Shown here: positions 46,362 to 56,661 of the stretch, one piece after another
How positions within the stretch are numbered: the stretch's first letter is position 1
Layout of the letters: each line of letters starts with the position of its first letter
Assembly: GCA_963662655.2 (NCBI GenBank)
Contig: CAXXTU010000002.1
Location: 2,400,001 to 2,464,000, forward strand
Reading direction: 5' to 3'
DNA: 64,000 bases
Origin: Candidatus Cloacimonadales bacterium
GTDB lineage: Bacteria > Cloacimonadota > Cloacimonadia > Cloacimonadales > JAIOQZ01
Made by a program: the position numbers and the translations under genes
The notes under the pieces: model-generated
Seen by the model: the letters and a program-made list of their open reading frames with translations, nothing else
Told to the model about the DNA's origin: nothing
Databases searched by the model: none

Positions 46362-48521
46362 TTACTTTAGCATCACCATTTTTTTGACCGAGACGTAACG
46401 TCCGCCCTTTATACGATAGAGATAAACACCTGAAGCAACATGATTCCCGTTGAAATCTTCACCACTCCAGGTAACGGCATGATTCCCGCCCGGCATCTTC
46501 TCGTCGATCAGCGTACGTACGAGCTGCCCCTTGAGGTTGAATACTTCAAGTGTGACATCGCATGCAACCGGCAGCGAGAAGCTGATCCGCGTTGTAGGGT
46601 TGAAGGGATTGGGATACGCCTCGAGAGAGAATTCCGAGCATGGGACATCGTCTTCTCCCGCGTCCATTCCGATCTCGACGGTCTCAGCGTTTGACGGGTT
46701 CGATTCTCCATTATCGTACACGGCAATAACTGCGTATGTATATTCACCGGCCTCCAGGTTTTCGTCCATATATTCCGGGTCCACCAGCCACAAGGGGTTA
46801 ATGACGGTCCCATTCCGAAGCAGATTGTAACCCAGGAACATCCGATTCCTCGATTGCCCTGATTTCAGCACATGCTGCCGTCCCGTTGCCAGGTCCGATA
46901 TATTCACGCTGGTCAGCCACTCGCTATCAATTTGCTCCCAGGTACCCGATCCGCCCCACCAGCTATGACTGTTGTCGACGCACTCCCCCGAAGTGCTGGA
47001 CGGACAGAACGTCACCTCATCAACTGTGCGGATGGTAATATAGAAATCATCGTTAACCGTAAGAGGAGTTTCCATGATGTGTATCGTACTCACCGGAGAA
47101 CGCAGCGCCGTTTGCGGTGACGACTCATACAATACGGTCTCGAAATCCGCATCGTATATCTTCACGATGAACTGGTCATTATTGCCCCATGGGTTTGACA
47201 CGTGATCGTAGAACATGTGTTGCATTTGCAAAATGGTTGCGGGATAGGAGAAGTCAAAGGTATCATCGCTGAAGAGAATCGCACGTTCGGGACCGGCAAA
47301 CTGAATCAGGGACACTTCATCGGCGTAAGAATACCATACACCTTCATCGTTCACCGGCGGCGTCCATGTCAGATGGACGTTATTGCCATCCACCACCTCC
47401 GCGACGAGATTCGTTGCGGGAGCGAGCTCGTTCGGTTCCACCGGATACAAATCGAAAATGGCGACTTGCTCATAGGTGTAGTCATGGCTTCCAGGTGCGA
47501 GATTCGAGAAGTAGTAATAACCGTTACACGCTCCTCCCCAGCCCCAATTCACATGGAAATGATCAGTATCCTCATAACCGTCGATGACGAAAGCGTGACC
47601 GCCTCCATCTTCTTCGGTTCCGAGATAATACACTGGCCGACCCTGATCCAGTTCACCGCGCACCATTTCATCCCAAACGTCATCCTCGAAGCTGTGACGT
47701 GGCATCAATTGCGCCTGGGGATTGTATGAGAAATGTGTTGCAAAAGCATAGTACACACTCTCGGAATTCGAGCCTGAAGCGCTGGTGCCGTAATCCATAT
47801 CCATGGCCACACCGGCGTGGAAACATATCTCGGCGACTTCTTCGTTGTACTCCGTCAGGGAATCGGGCATTTCCGACCACACATAGGTAGCCTCGGAGAA
47901 ATCGGCTGAGATCGTACCGTAGTTACCGTGCTCGTAACTGTGAGAGCCCACGCCATTTACCGGATGTTCCCAGTATCGCATCAATTGCGCTGCCGCTGTA
48001 GCGCAGCATCCCACGAGAACATGACCGCCCGTTCCGGCCTCATCTTCGGGACAATGCGCATTGTAAGGCCAGTGTTGACGCCAGATGGATGTAATCATGG
48101 GCTCGACGTTACGATCGATTCGGCCACCTGGTTCGATACCTGCGAGCAGGTCGTCCCATATGGGTCGCATGGTCGCATTGGATGTTTTCTGCGTAGCGAT
48201 CATCCTCATTTGCCGCTGAATCGAAGCAAGCCAATCCTCCACCGCCGGATTTTCGGACGGACGGAAATCTCCGGTCTCGCTCCACGCGATCACCGGATAC
48301 GCAGCGTTGTCACCGGATACAAGTACGAATCCTCCTCCGGAAAATTGGCACAGCCACACGCCTTGCTCAAGATGTTGAGTTGTTGTAAGCTGTCGGCCCA
48401 TATCGTTTGTCTTGAGTTGAAACCAGTTTGTGGCTGCCTGAGCCACGACGGCCTCGTCGACGGGGAGAGAAAGAAGAATGATTGTTAACGCCAGAAACAA
48501 GATGGTGAAAATGACTCGCAT
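46362..48521 (-). CDS. C10 (streptopain/SpeB-like) cysteine peptidase with Fn3 and C-terminal domains
   Basis: GGFVLVSGD propeptide, VGCCATAAAQLMRYW, GHAFVIDGY, FHVNWGWGG; AYPNPFNP. Confidence 0.92.
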   Translation of the reverse strand: MRVIFTILFLALTIILLSLPVDEAVVAQAATNWFQLKTNDMGRQLTTTQHLEQGVWLCQFSGGGFVLVSGDNAAYPVIAWSETGDFRPSENPAVEDWLASIQRQMRMIATQKTSNATMRPIWDDLLAGIEPGGRIDRNVEPMITSIWRQHWPYNAHCPEDEAGTGGHVLVGCCATAAAQLMRYWEHPVNGVGSHSYEHGNYGTISADFSEATYVWSEMPDSLTEYNEEVAEICFHAGVAMDMDYGTSASGSNSESVYYAFATHFSYNPQAQLMPRHSFEDDVWDEMVRGELDQGRPVYYLGTEEDGGGHAFVIDGYEDTDHFHVNWGWGGACNGYYYFSNLAPGSHDYTYEQVAIFDLYPVEPNELAPATNLVAEVVDGNNVHLTWTPPVNDEGVWYSYADEVSLIQFAGPERAILFSDDTFDFSYPATILQMQHMFYDHVSNPWGNNDQFIVKIYDADFETVLYESSPQTALRSPVSTIHIMETPLTVNDDFYITIRTVDEVTFCPSSTSGECVDNSHSWWGGSGTWEQIDSEWLTSVNISDLATGRQHVLKSGQSRNRMFLGYNLLRNGTVINPLWLVDPEYMDENLEAGEYTYAVIAVYDNGESNPSNAETVEIGMDAGEDDVPCSEFSLEAYPNPFNPTTRISFSLPVACDVTLEVFNLKGQLVRTLIDEKMPGGNHAVTWSGEDFNGNHVASGVYLYRIKGGRYVSVKKMVMLK

Positions 48522-48634
48522 ACTACCTCCTAAAAGTCATCGCGGAACAAGAAGGTTATATGTGACATATCGGTTACACGTGTAACCTATTTGAGAAATG
48601 ATGTCAATGTTTATCTTTTCTCAAAGGGTAGTTT

Positions 48635-49967
48635 TGTCCCGTCCTAAAATAGTTGACCAGCTTTTTCGTGTTTGATTTCATTTCGATTGCTTCCTACGCT
48701 GCGTTCAATATCTCGTTCGGTGTGCGGTAGCCCTGCGTGATGATGAGCCGTTCTTCGTTGTAGATCCGAACTGCTTCCTCTACGTACTTCAGCGCGTCGT
48801 CGAAGTCCCTGAATCTCCGTTCCAGCCCCAACTCGTGCTTCAGAATCCCGTTGATGCGCTCCGCCTTGGCGTTGTCGTAGCACTTGCCCGGACCGGTCAT
48901 GCTGGTGCGATAGCAGTAGCGTCGCAGCGCGTTCTGGAAGCAGGCGCTGGTGAATTGCGTACCATGATCGGAGTGGTGGATGCAGCCTTTGATATCCACG
49001 GCTCCGGCATTGCGCAACGACCTCATCGCCCGTTTCAGAGAGAGCGCGGGACCATGCGTGCGCAGGTCGGGCTGCAGCGAATATCCCAGGATCGCGTCCG
49101 AGTACTGATCCGAGGTCAGCGAAAGGTAGGCGAATCCGCGTTGCAAGCGGATGTAGGTGATGTCGCTCGCGATGATCTGGCCGACGCGGCGAGCGATGAT
49201 GTCCTTCACCAGGTTCGGGTGTCGACTGCGGCTGCCCAGGCTCGTGCGGAGGTATGAGCGGTACGCCGTCGACAGCAGCCCGTAGTCGCGCAGGATGCCG
49301 AACAGCCGGTCGCGACCAACCTCGAGCCCGCGCGCCTTCAGCATGTATTGCAGCTTCCGCGCCCCGACGCGTGGCTGTTTCACGCGAATCTCGCGCACGG
49401 CGGATACGATCTCCTCCACCTCCGCCTGGAGCCGATGGAGCCGCTTCCTGTGCTGGTAGTAGCTCTGCTTGCTGCGACCGAACAAGCCGCAAATCACCTG
49501 CATGTTCGCGGCTACTTCTCTTTCTTTCGCGACAGCTCGACATTCGGTGACAACAGCGAACCAGTCTTTTTTTTTGCGCTGTTGCCGTACTTGCGCTCGG
49601 TCACGTTCACGATCGCCTGCAACGCGCAGTTCTCCAGCACTTTCTCGCTCAACGCAGCCTGCAAATCCTGCACCTTCTTCTCCAGCTCCGCGATTGTCTT
49701 GTCCTTGTAATCTTCTTTCGCCATGCGACCTCGCTTTTGAGCTCCCTTGCGTCGCGCCGGCTTCACGGCGTCCTCTTTGATCCAGCGATACAGCGTGCGA
49801 ACGGATATGTCGTACTGCTCCGCGAGCTCCGCCACGCAGTAGTCGCTCGTCAGCACGTGATGCAGAACACGCGCCTTCACCTCGCAACGCTTCGCCCGTC
49901 GTTTCACATTTTCTCCCATACCTGAGCCTCCTTCGACCCAACGGTCAACCTATTTCAGGACGGGACA
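48635..49967 (-). mobile_element. IS3-family insertion sequence, copy 1 (1333 bp)
   Basis: Terminal IRs TGTCCCGTCCT(A/G)AAATAG(G)TTGACC; orfA HTH plus orfB DDE (SDITY, HHSDHGTQF, DNAKAERINGILKHE). Confidence 0.95.
48694..49919 (-). CDS. IS3 transposase OrfAB via programmed -1 frameshift
   Basis: orfA 49512-49919 overlaps orfB; A9G slippery run at 49566-49575. Confidence 0.88.
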
Positions 49968-50542
49968 CCACACTCGAGGTCAGCCTGTGTCATTTTGTTG
50001 CCATTCTGGTCGTAAATAACGACCCCGGACTGGCTGGCGAAGTTGCTGGATTCGACATTGTATCTGAAATCTGCAGCATATATACAAGGGTCATCAAAAT
50101 AGTACTGTTCATCTATAAAATCGTATGGATCTTCTTTTGGCTCTTCAAACATGAGCCAGTAGCCATTGGTATTGACAGGCACGATTTCTGATATGTACGG
50201 GTTGATCGGGCAGCGATTCAACAGATTGTTATTGGCATCGTACCATTCCCAGTATTGCAGATATTCCGATTTCCGCAGGGTAACGCCAAGGTCTGAGGTT
50301 GGTGTCAGTGTAAATTCTCGTTCTTTTTTCATTTTCTCGATCGTCACCTCACCAAGTGCATGCTTCGTTGCCGGTGCACGGTGTACCACCACAGGCTCAT
50401 CGCCGAGGTCTATCTCTTCAATAAGTTCAAAACGTTGTTCTCCATATACGGTGAATTGGGTTATTCCTTCTCCATGTAGTGTGGGATATGCGAAGATAGC
50501 CGAAACGAATAGTAACAGAGCGATGGTGGTGGTTGTGCGCAT
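49955..50542 (-). pseudogene. secreted hypothetical protein truncated by IS3 copy 1
   Basis: Signal peptide MRTTTTIALLLFVSAIFA; the last codons and stop lie inside the IS end. Confidence 0.65.
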
Positions 50543-50781
50543 GATGATCTCCTTACGATCAGATGGGACGGCAATCTGGTTAAAATGTCAATAACTATTT
50601 GTTTGTTAATTTAATGTTGGCTTCGTGTCTGAATCAATGATTTCGAGAACGATGGCGATGAAGTAGAGCGAGCCCACGCCCACGCGATTAGTGAATTAAA
50701 TAAGTGGACAATTTCAAGCGTTATGGTTACTTTTGAGTGCCATAGCATTTTTATGGCAAAAAATACTTGAAAGGATTGATT

Positions 50782-52317
50782 ATGCTGAATGTCTCAATTG
50801 CACCAGACGGTACAAAATATCCACTTCCCAAAGAGGAAGAAAATGTAAAAGAGCGTCAGGAAATCCTGCGCATTACCGAAGAACAACGTAAAAAGGGAAG
50901 AAAAATCGTCACCGTACAGGGCATGGGCTTCGTGGGCTGTGTGATGGCGAGTGTTATTGCCGACGCAACAAACGATAACGGTGAAACGATCTACTTCGTG
51001 CATGGGCATCAGCGTCCATCGCGTCGTTCGTTTTGGAAAGTCCCGGTTATCAACACGGGCGAAGCGCCTGTCAGTTCTTCCGATCCGGAGATTCCCGAAA
51101 TATTCAAGCGCTGCGTCGTGGAGAAGGACAGCCTCCGCGCGACCTGGGAGAACACGGCATACGAAGTGGCCGATGTTGTCGTTGTCGATATCCAGTTGGA
51201 CGCGACCAAACCCGCGTTCGGCGAAGCGGAGAAGGGCTATTGCGATGTCTCTCACTTCCGTGAAGGTATGCGTACGCTCGGACAGCACATCAAGCCGGAT
51301 TGCCTGGTGCTTGTCGAAACAACCGTTCCTCCGGGAACATCGGAACGAATCGTGAAGCCGATTCTGGAAGAAGAATTCACCAAGCGAGGCATCGATATCG
51401 AGAAGAACCCCCCGCTGGTGGCGCATTCCTACGAGCGCGTTATGCCCGGTGCAAGATACGTTGAATCGATTCGCGACTACTGGCGCGTTTTCTCCGGCGT
51501 TAACCAGAAGAGTAAAGACCTGGCTCGCGAGTTCCTTACCGATGTTCTCAACACCAAAGAATTTCCGCTCACAGAGCTCGATAATACAAACGCCTCCGAG
51601 ATGGCGAAGGTCATGGAAAACTCCTACCGCGCCGCGAACATCGCGTTGACCCTGGAGTGGGCTCGTTTCGCGGAGAAAATCGGCGTGGACATCTTCAAGG
51701 TTCGAGACGCCATCCGCAAGAGAGAGACGCACAACAACCTCCTGCGCCCAAGTCTTGGCGTCGGTGGATATTGCCTTACGAAGGACCCCGTTCTTGCCAA
51801 CTGGGCGATGCGCGATGTCTTCGAGATCGACGACACGCTCGCGGTTGCGATCAATGCGGTGAATATCAACGATACCATGCCGCGCCACACCATCGCGATC
51901 ATCAAGGAAGAGTATCCCGAGCTGAAGGACGTGAAGATCGCCGTTCTGGGCGTTTCCTATCTGGAGGACGTGGGCGATACGCGCCACTCGCCGTCCGAGA
52001 CGCTCGTGAAAGAGCTCAAGGGCGAATGGGCGATCGTGAACGTTCATGACGTCTATGTGGAGACCTGGCCAGAGATGGATATGGAATGCATCGAGAAAGA
52101 CATGGCAGTCACCCTCAAAGACGCGGATGTTGTCGTGATGGCCGTGGGACACTCCGACTACAAGAATCTGAAGCCGGAAGAACTCCTCGCCATGTGCGGA
52201 ACCAAGCCGCTCGTCATCGATTGCTCCAACTTCCTTGCAGATGACAAGATCAAAGCCTATAAAGACCTGGGGTGCAAAGTGAAGGGTGTCGGCAAGGGCC
52301 ACATCAAGCATCTTTGA
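50782..52317 (+). CDS. nucleotide-sugar dehydrogenase (UDP-glucose/GDP-mannose/UDP-HexNAc family)
   Basis: GMGFVG, ETTVPPGT, ERVMPG, KVMENSYRA, GVGGYCLTKDP, DTRHSPS. Confidence 0.92.
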   Translation: MLNVSIAPDGTKYPLPKEEENVKERQEILRITEEQRKKGRKIVTVQGMGFVGCVMASVIADATNDNGETIYFVHGHQRPSRRSFWKVPVINTGEAPVSSSDPEIPEIFKRCVVEKDSLRATWENTAYEVADVVVVDIQLDATKPAFGEAEKGYCDVSHFREGMRTLGQHIKPDCLVLVETTVPPGTSERIVKPILEEEFTKRGIDIEKNPPLVAHSYERVMPGARYVESIRDYWRVFSGVNQKSKDLAREFLTDVLNTKEFPLTELDNTNASEMAKVMENSYRAANIALTLEWARFAEKIGVDIFKVRDAIRKRETHNNLLRPSLGVGGYCLTKDPVLANWAMRDVFEIDDTLAVAINAVNINDTMPRHTIAIIKEEYPELKDVKIAVLGVSYLEDVGDTRHSPSETLVKELKGEWAIVNVHDVYVETWPEMDMECIEKDMAVTLKDADVVVMAVGHSDYKNLKPEELLAMCGTKPLVIDCSNFLADDKIKAYKDLGCKVKGVGKGHIKHL

Positions 52318-52342
52318 TCAGTAACAACCTAAAGAATATATT

Positions 52343-52373
52343 GCCGCCGGCGGAAACTGCCGGCGGTTTTTTA
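52343..52373 (+). terminator. intrinsic terminator
   Basis: CCGCCGGC-ggaaact-GCCGGCGG-TTTTT. Confidence 0.85.
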
Positions 52374-52453
52374 TTAACAGCCCTAAAATCTAATTGACAA
52401 ATACGGGATATATTTAATTCTGTTAAAAATCCTTACCCAAGAGGTTCAATCGT

Positions 52454-53163
52454 ATGCAGCAGATTTCCGTTTCTATTGTTAATAAAGAAGAAATTGAGAA
52501 CAGAGATTATCTTCTTCAAGCCCACAATTCTTTTCGTGAGGAAATTCTTCAGCGTGAAACAAATTGCATGACAGAGCTTGGGATACTCGTTACGATCTTC
52601 ACAGGTTATGCTGTTTCACTACACAAGTACACAAATGGTAGCCTGCCTGATCCGCTATTTCTTTTAATTTCTATATGTTCCATTTTAGGTGCATTAATGG
52701 GGGTAACGATATGTGTGCTTCATGGCTATCACTTTCGTTTTGCCCTGTTTCAACTCCATAAAATAGAGAATAAATTGTGTTTAGAAAAAGTTCAATTGAA
52801 CAGATGGCTTAAATATAATGATTACAAAGATGCATATATAAAAAGACGAAGGGGAAACCACTAAACAAACGAGAAGAAAAAGCATATAGTATTGAACCTC
52901 CAAATATTATAAACCTATTCAAGCATGTATTTATGATTATTATTGTGATGATTTCTGCTCTTACAATCATTTTCATTTATTTTAAAATATCTTCATTGGT
53001 TTTTTCTATTTCCAGGGCTCTTGAAATCATGTGTTACTTGAGTACACTATTAGCTGTTACACCGACGGTAATTACGATAAATCATTCACTCCCAAATTTT
53101 ATTGCAACGCACTGGAAAAGGGAGTTTGAAGACCTCCTTTACAAGGAGTTTTCCGAATTATAA
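52454..53163 (+). pseudogene. AT-rich four-TM membrane protein gene split by a frameshift
   Basis: The 52933-53163 frame is open back to the TATATATAAAAA run at about 52835-52845, overlapping the end of 52454-52864. Confidence 0.55.
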
Positions 53164-53298
53164 TCAAAGCAATATTTCCCAAAACCCAGCATGAAGACCA
53201 GGTCGCCGTAAATGGTGTGCTCGAGGACCGTGTGCAAAAACGCCGCCTACTTCGCATAGTTATTAAAGCATGTATCCGCTGAGAATAATAAGAAAGGC

Positions 53299-53832
53299 TT
53301 ATCTTCTTTGCTGCGGAACAAGCATCAACCTGGAAGTATCATAACCCAAAACACTAGCTCGATCCACAAGCATCTGGTAGATGGAGTCGTCCATTGTTGG
53401 GGTACGCGATAAAACCCAAAGATAATCGTCAGTACTGCTACCTACCAACGCATATTGATAGTTCTGGGCGTCCAATTCTAAAATCAAGTAATCGCTCCAG
53501 AACCACAAAAAGAATGTTACCTGCAATCTTCCGGGCTTGGATTCATCAGGAACTCTCGCTACACCGTTGGCTACCTTCCTTTTTCCATCCAGCGTTTTTT
53601 TAAAACCAGCATTCAGCACATCAATTCGGCCGTCAGAACGTAGTGAGTATTCGGCCGTTACTCCAACAAGCTCCCGCTCGAAGCGGTTGTCGATACGTGC
53701 AATTTCATACCATTTACCGATATAGCGATCGATATCAACTTCTTGGACAGTAGGGCGTTTGATTAAACTATCGGTTGTTGCACATCCAAGAAATAACAAC
53801 GAGATACCCAAAATGCTAAGTGCTATCCTCAT
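53299..53832 (-). CDS. blc: bacterial lipocalin (Blc family) lipoprotein
   Basis: Lipobox FLGC, DRYIGKWYEIAR, YLWVLSRTP. Confidence 0.9.
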   Translation of the reverse strand: MRIALSILGISLLFLGCATTDSLIKRPTVQEVDIDRYIGKWYEIARIDNRFERELVGVTAEYSLRSDGRIDVLNAGFKKTLDGKRKVANGVARVPDESKPGRLQVTFFLWFWSDYLILELDAQNYQYALVGSSTDDYLWVLSRTPTMDDSIYQMLVDRASVLGYDTSRLMLVPQQRR

Positions 53833-53964
53833 ATTCTCCTCCAGTATTCTATACGATAACGGAAGTAGCACAAAAGCCCACTTGAAACTTCATGGCATCG
53901 GTTTCAATTGCATTTCCGAATAAGTGATCGACTTTCTTTGTTCTTCTTACCTCATGAGAAACGC

Positions 53965-54560
53965 TACCTACTTGGATAGTTGAAAACACGAAACTGCATC
54001 GCCATCTAGACGATGATCTGGAAACGCGCCAGTTCCTCATCCTCGAAGACGATTGCTTCGTAGTCGGGATTGAATGGCTTGAGGACGACCTGCCCTTGAT
54101 AGGATCGTACTGCACCTTCTTGAGGGTGATACCGTCCGAGGTGCGAACCGCGCAGACGCAACGGTCGAGGTTATCCCAGTCTGAACGTTGGTGAATGACC
54201 ACGATGTCGCCGTGATTGATGCGCGGCTTCATGCTGTCGCCATTCACGCGCAGCGCGCAGTAGGAGTCGTGGCGGTCATGCAAAAAGGCTTTAGGGATTT
54301 GGATGTAGTCCCAGTCGAGCGCGGCGTGGTTCTCCATCGGTTCGCCTGCTGCGATTTCACCCATGAGCCGCAGAGTGATTTTGTGCGTCTCGAAGGGCGA
54401 GAGCTGAGCCTTCACGCCGTTCCCGCCTATCTCCTCGAGCTTCTCCTTACGGCCATTCGTCACCAGACTGCAATCTTCGGCGTGAAGAAACATGTCACCC
54501 TTGCCGGTGATGAGCCAGTTGAGGTTGACGTTGTACTCTTCGCTTATTCGAGCCAGCGCG
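53965..54560 (-). pseudogene. phage repressor (XRE-S24/LexA-like) remnant
   Basis: NVNLNWLITGKGDMF, GEIAAGEP, LRVNGDSMKP, ITLKK. HTH start missing; frameshift near 54095 (VVLKPFNPDY in another frame) and an internal stop. Confidence 0.8.
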
Positions 54561-54959
54561 GTCGACGCCGGCTTGCTCGGCGTCGCAAACGGTATCGCAA
54601 AGCTCGACAAGTCCGGCAAGCTGACAACAGCACAGATTCCGCAGCTCGAACCGGGCAACATCACGGGCGTCCTCGAGGCGAGCCAGATCCCCGACCTCGA
54701 CGCCGGCAAGATCGCTACCGGCGCCCTCGCCACCGACCGTATCCCGACACTGGCTCAAAGCAAGATCACAGGCCTCACCACGGCCCTCGCGGCCAAGGTC
54801 GAGACCCGCACCAAGATCAACGGTCACGCCCTTGAAGGCGATATCAAGCTCGAGACCACCGACATCATCGCGGAGGTCACAGAGCTACCCGAAGAGGGTG
54901 TCATCGGCGAAGTCGTCGCATACGGTGGAAAGCTGTACGTCTGGAGCGGTGACAAGTAG
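54557..54959 (+). pseudogene. C-terminal fragment of a phage tail-fibre-like protein
   Basis: ANGIAKLDKSGKLTTAQIP, LDAGKIATGALATDRIP repeats, KINGHALEGDI; no start or RBS. Confidence 0.65.
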
Positions 54960-54976
54960 AATCGAAGAAGTTAATC

Positions 54977-55007
54977 CAGCCTGCTCGACCCGGGGCAGGC
55001 TTTTTCT
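54977..55007 (+). terminator. intrinsic terminator
   Basis: AGCCTGCTC...GGGCAGGCTTTTT. Confidence 0.75.
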
Positions 55008-55035
55008 CTGCTCAAAAACCCCCATATAGTGCCAT

Positions 55036-55201
55036 TGGTTTGGCAGAATTTGCCAAACCCGTTATAAAATCTCACCCCCCTTGGCAGAAGTTACTATCGC
55101 TCGGGAAGACGGGACAAGAGACGACGACTTAATCAGATAGACGAGATTTAGCGATAGTAACTTTTTGGCAAGGATGGTTACTATCGACCCTTTTGGTATC
55201 A
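55036..55201. repeat. candidate transposable-phage (Mu-like) end with repeated binding sites
   Basis: GTTACTATCG occurs three times (two direct, one inverted), each near TTG(G/C)CA; segment ends in ...GGTATCA. Confidence 0.5.
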
Positions 55202-55202
55202 C

Positions 55203-56535
55203 TGTCCCGTCCTAAAATAGTTGACCAGCTTTTTCGTGTTTGATTTCATTTCGATTGCTTCCTACGCTGCGTTCAATATCTCGTTCGGTGTGCGGTAGCC
55301 CTGCGTGATGATGAGCCGTTCTTCGTTGTAGATCCGAACTGCTTCCTCTACGTACTTCAGCGCGTCGTCGAAGTCCCTGAATCTCCGTTCCAGCCCCAAC
55401 TCGTGCTTCAGAATCCCGTTGATGCGCTCCGCCTTGGCGTTGTCGTAGCACTTGCCCGGACCGGTCATGCTGGTGCGATAGCAGTAGCGTCGCAGCGCGT
55501 TCTGGAAGCAGGCGCTGGTGAATTGCGTACCATGATCGGAGTGGTGGATGCAGCCTTTGATATCCACGGCTCCGGCATTGCGCAACGACCTCATCGCCCG
55601 TTTCAGAGAGAGCGCGGGACCATGCGTGCGCAGGTCGGGCTGCAGCGAATATCCCAGGATCGCGTCCGAGTACTGATCCGAGGTCAGCGAAAGGTAGGCG
55701 AATCCGCGTTGCAACCGGATGTAGGTGATGTCGCTCGCGATGATCTGGCCGACGCGGCGAGCGATGATGTCCTTCACCAGGTTCGGGTGTCGACTGCGGC
55801 TGCCCAGGCTCGTGCGGAGGTATGAGCGGTACGCCGTCGACAGCAGCCCGTAGTCGCGCAGGATGCCGAACAGCCGGTCGCGACCAACCTCGAGCCCGCG
55901 CGCCTTCAGCATGTATTGCAGCTTCCGCGCCCCGACGCGTGGCTGTTTCACGCGAATCTCGCGCACGGCGGATACGATCTCCTCCACCTCCGCCTGGAGC
56001 CGATGGAGCCGCTTCCTGTGCTGGTAGTAGCTCTGCTTGCTGCGACCGAACAAGCCGCAAATCACCTGCATGTTCGCGGCTACTTCTCTTTCTTTCGCGA
56101 CAGCTCGACATTCGGTGACAACAGCGAACCAGTCTTTTTTTTTGCGCTGTTGCCGTACTTGCGCTCGGTCACGTTCACGATCGCCTGCAACGCGCAGTTC
56201 TCCAGCACTTTCTCGCTCAACGCAGCCTGCAAATCCTGCACCTTCTTCTCCAGCTCCGCGATTGTCTTGTCCTTGTAATCTTCTTTCGCCATGCGACCTC
56301 GCTTTTGAGCTCCCTTGCGTCGCGCCGGCTTCACGGCGTCCTCTTTGATCCAGCGATACAGCGTGCGAACGGATATGTCGTACTGCTCCGCGAGCTCCGC
56401 CACGCAGTAGTCGCTCGTCAGCACGTGATGCAGAACACGCGCCTTCACCTCGCAACGCTTCGCCCGTCGTTTCACATTTTCTCCCATACCTGAGCCTCCT
56501 TCGACCCAACGGTCAACCTATTTCAGGACGGGACA
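55203..56535 (-). mobile_element. IS3-family insertion sequence, copy 2 (1333 bp)
   Basis: Same IRs and ORFs as copy 1; one substitution seen (GCAAGCGG vs GCAACCGG), synonymous in orfB. Confidence 0.95.
55262..56487 (-). CDS. IS3 transposase OrfAB via programmed -1 frameshift
   Basis: Same translation as copy 1. Confidence 0.88.
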
Positions 56536-56577
56536 CAACCACACAGGGAAATTTGAAGCTCTCCCCTAAAAAAAATC

Positions 56578-56633
56578 TTGCCATTTTTGACCAATTGGTT
56601 AAATTTGACCGTGTAGTTAAACATCGCGGTTAA
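56578..56633 (+). promoter_or_regulatory. promoter with tandem TetR operators
   Basis: TTTGACCAATTGGTTAAA (56586-56603) and TTTGACCGTGTAGTTAAA (56604-56621) overlap TTGCCA...TAAATT. Confidence 0.65.
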
Positions 56634-56661
56634 TCGAATCGCATTTCATTAGGAGTTGAAG

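Noticed and set aside
46300..46362. Two small hairpins between convergent genes as a possible ncRNA
   Set aside because: Short and adequately explained as 3' or terminator structures of the C10 peptidase gene
53849..54733. Single 294-aa repressor ORF as listed in the track
   Set aside because: Its first ~57 codons are the antisense of the tail-fibre fragment and its tail is out of frame, so it is a chimeric remnant
55036..55201. CRISPR mini-array
   Set aside because: Repeats are about 10-20 nt, in mixed orientation and irregularly spaced; no cas genes were seen in the window
49967..55203. Cross-matching CAC target duplication between the inner IS flanks
   Set aside because: It requires shifting the IS end by one base, and the outer flanks (TTT versus AAC) still do not match
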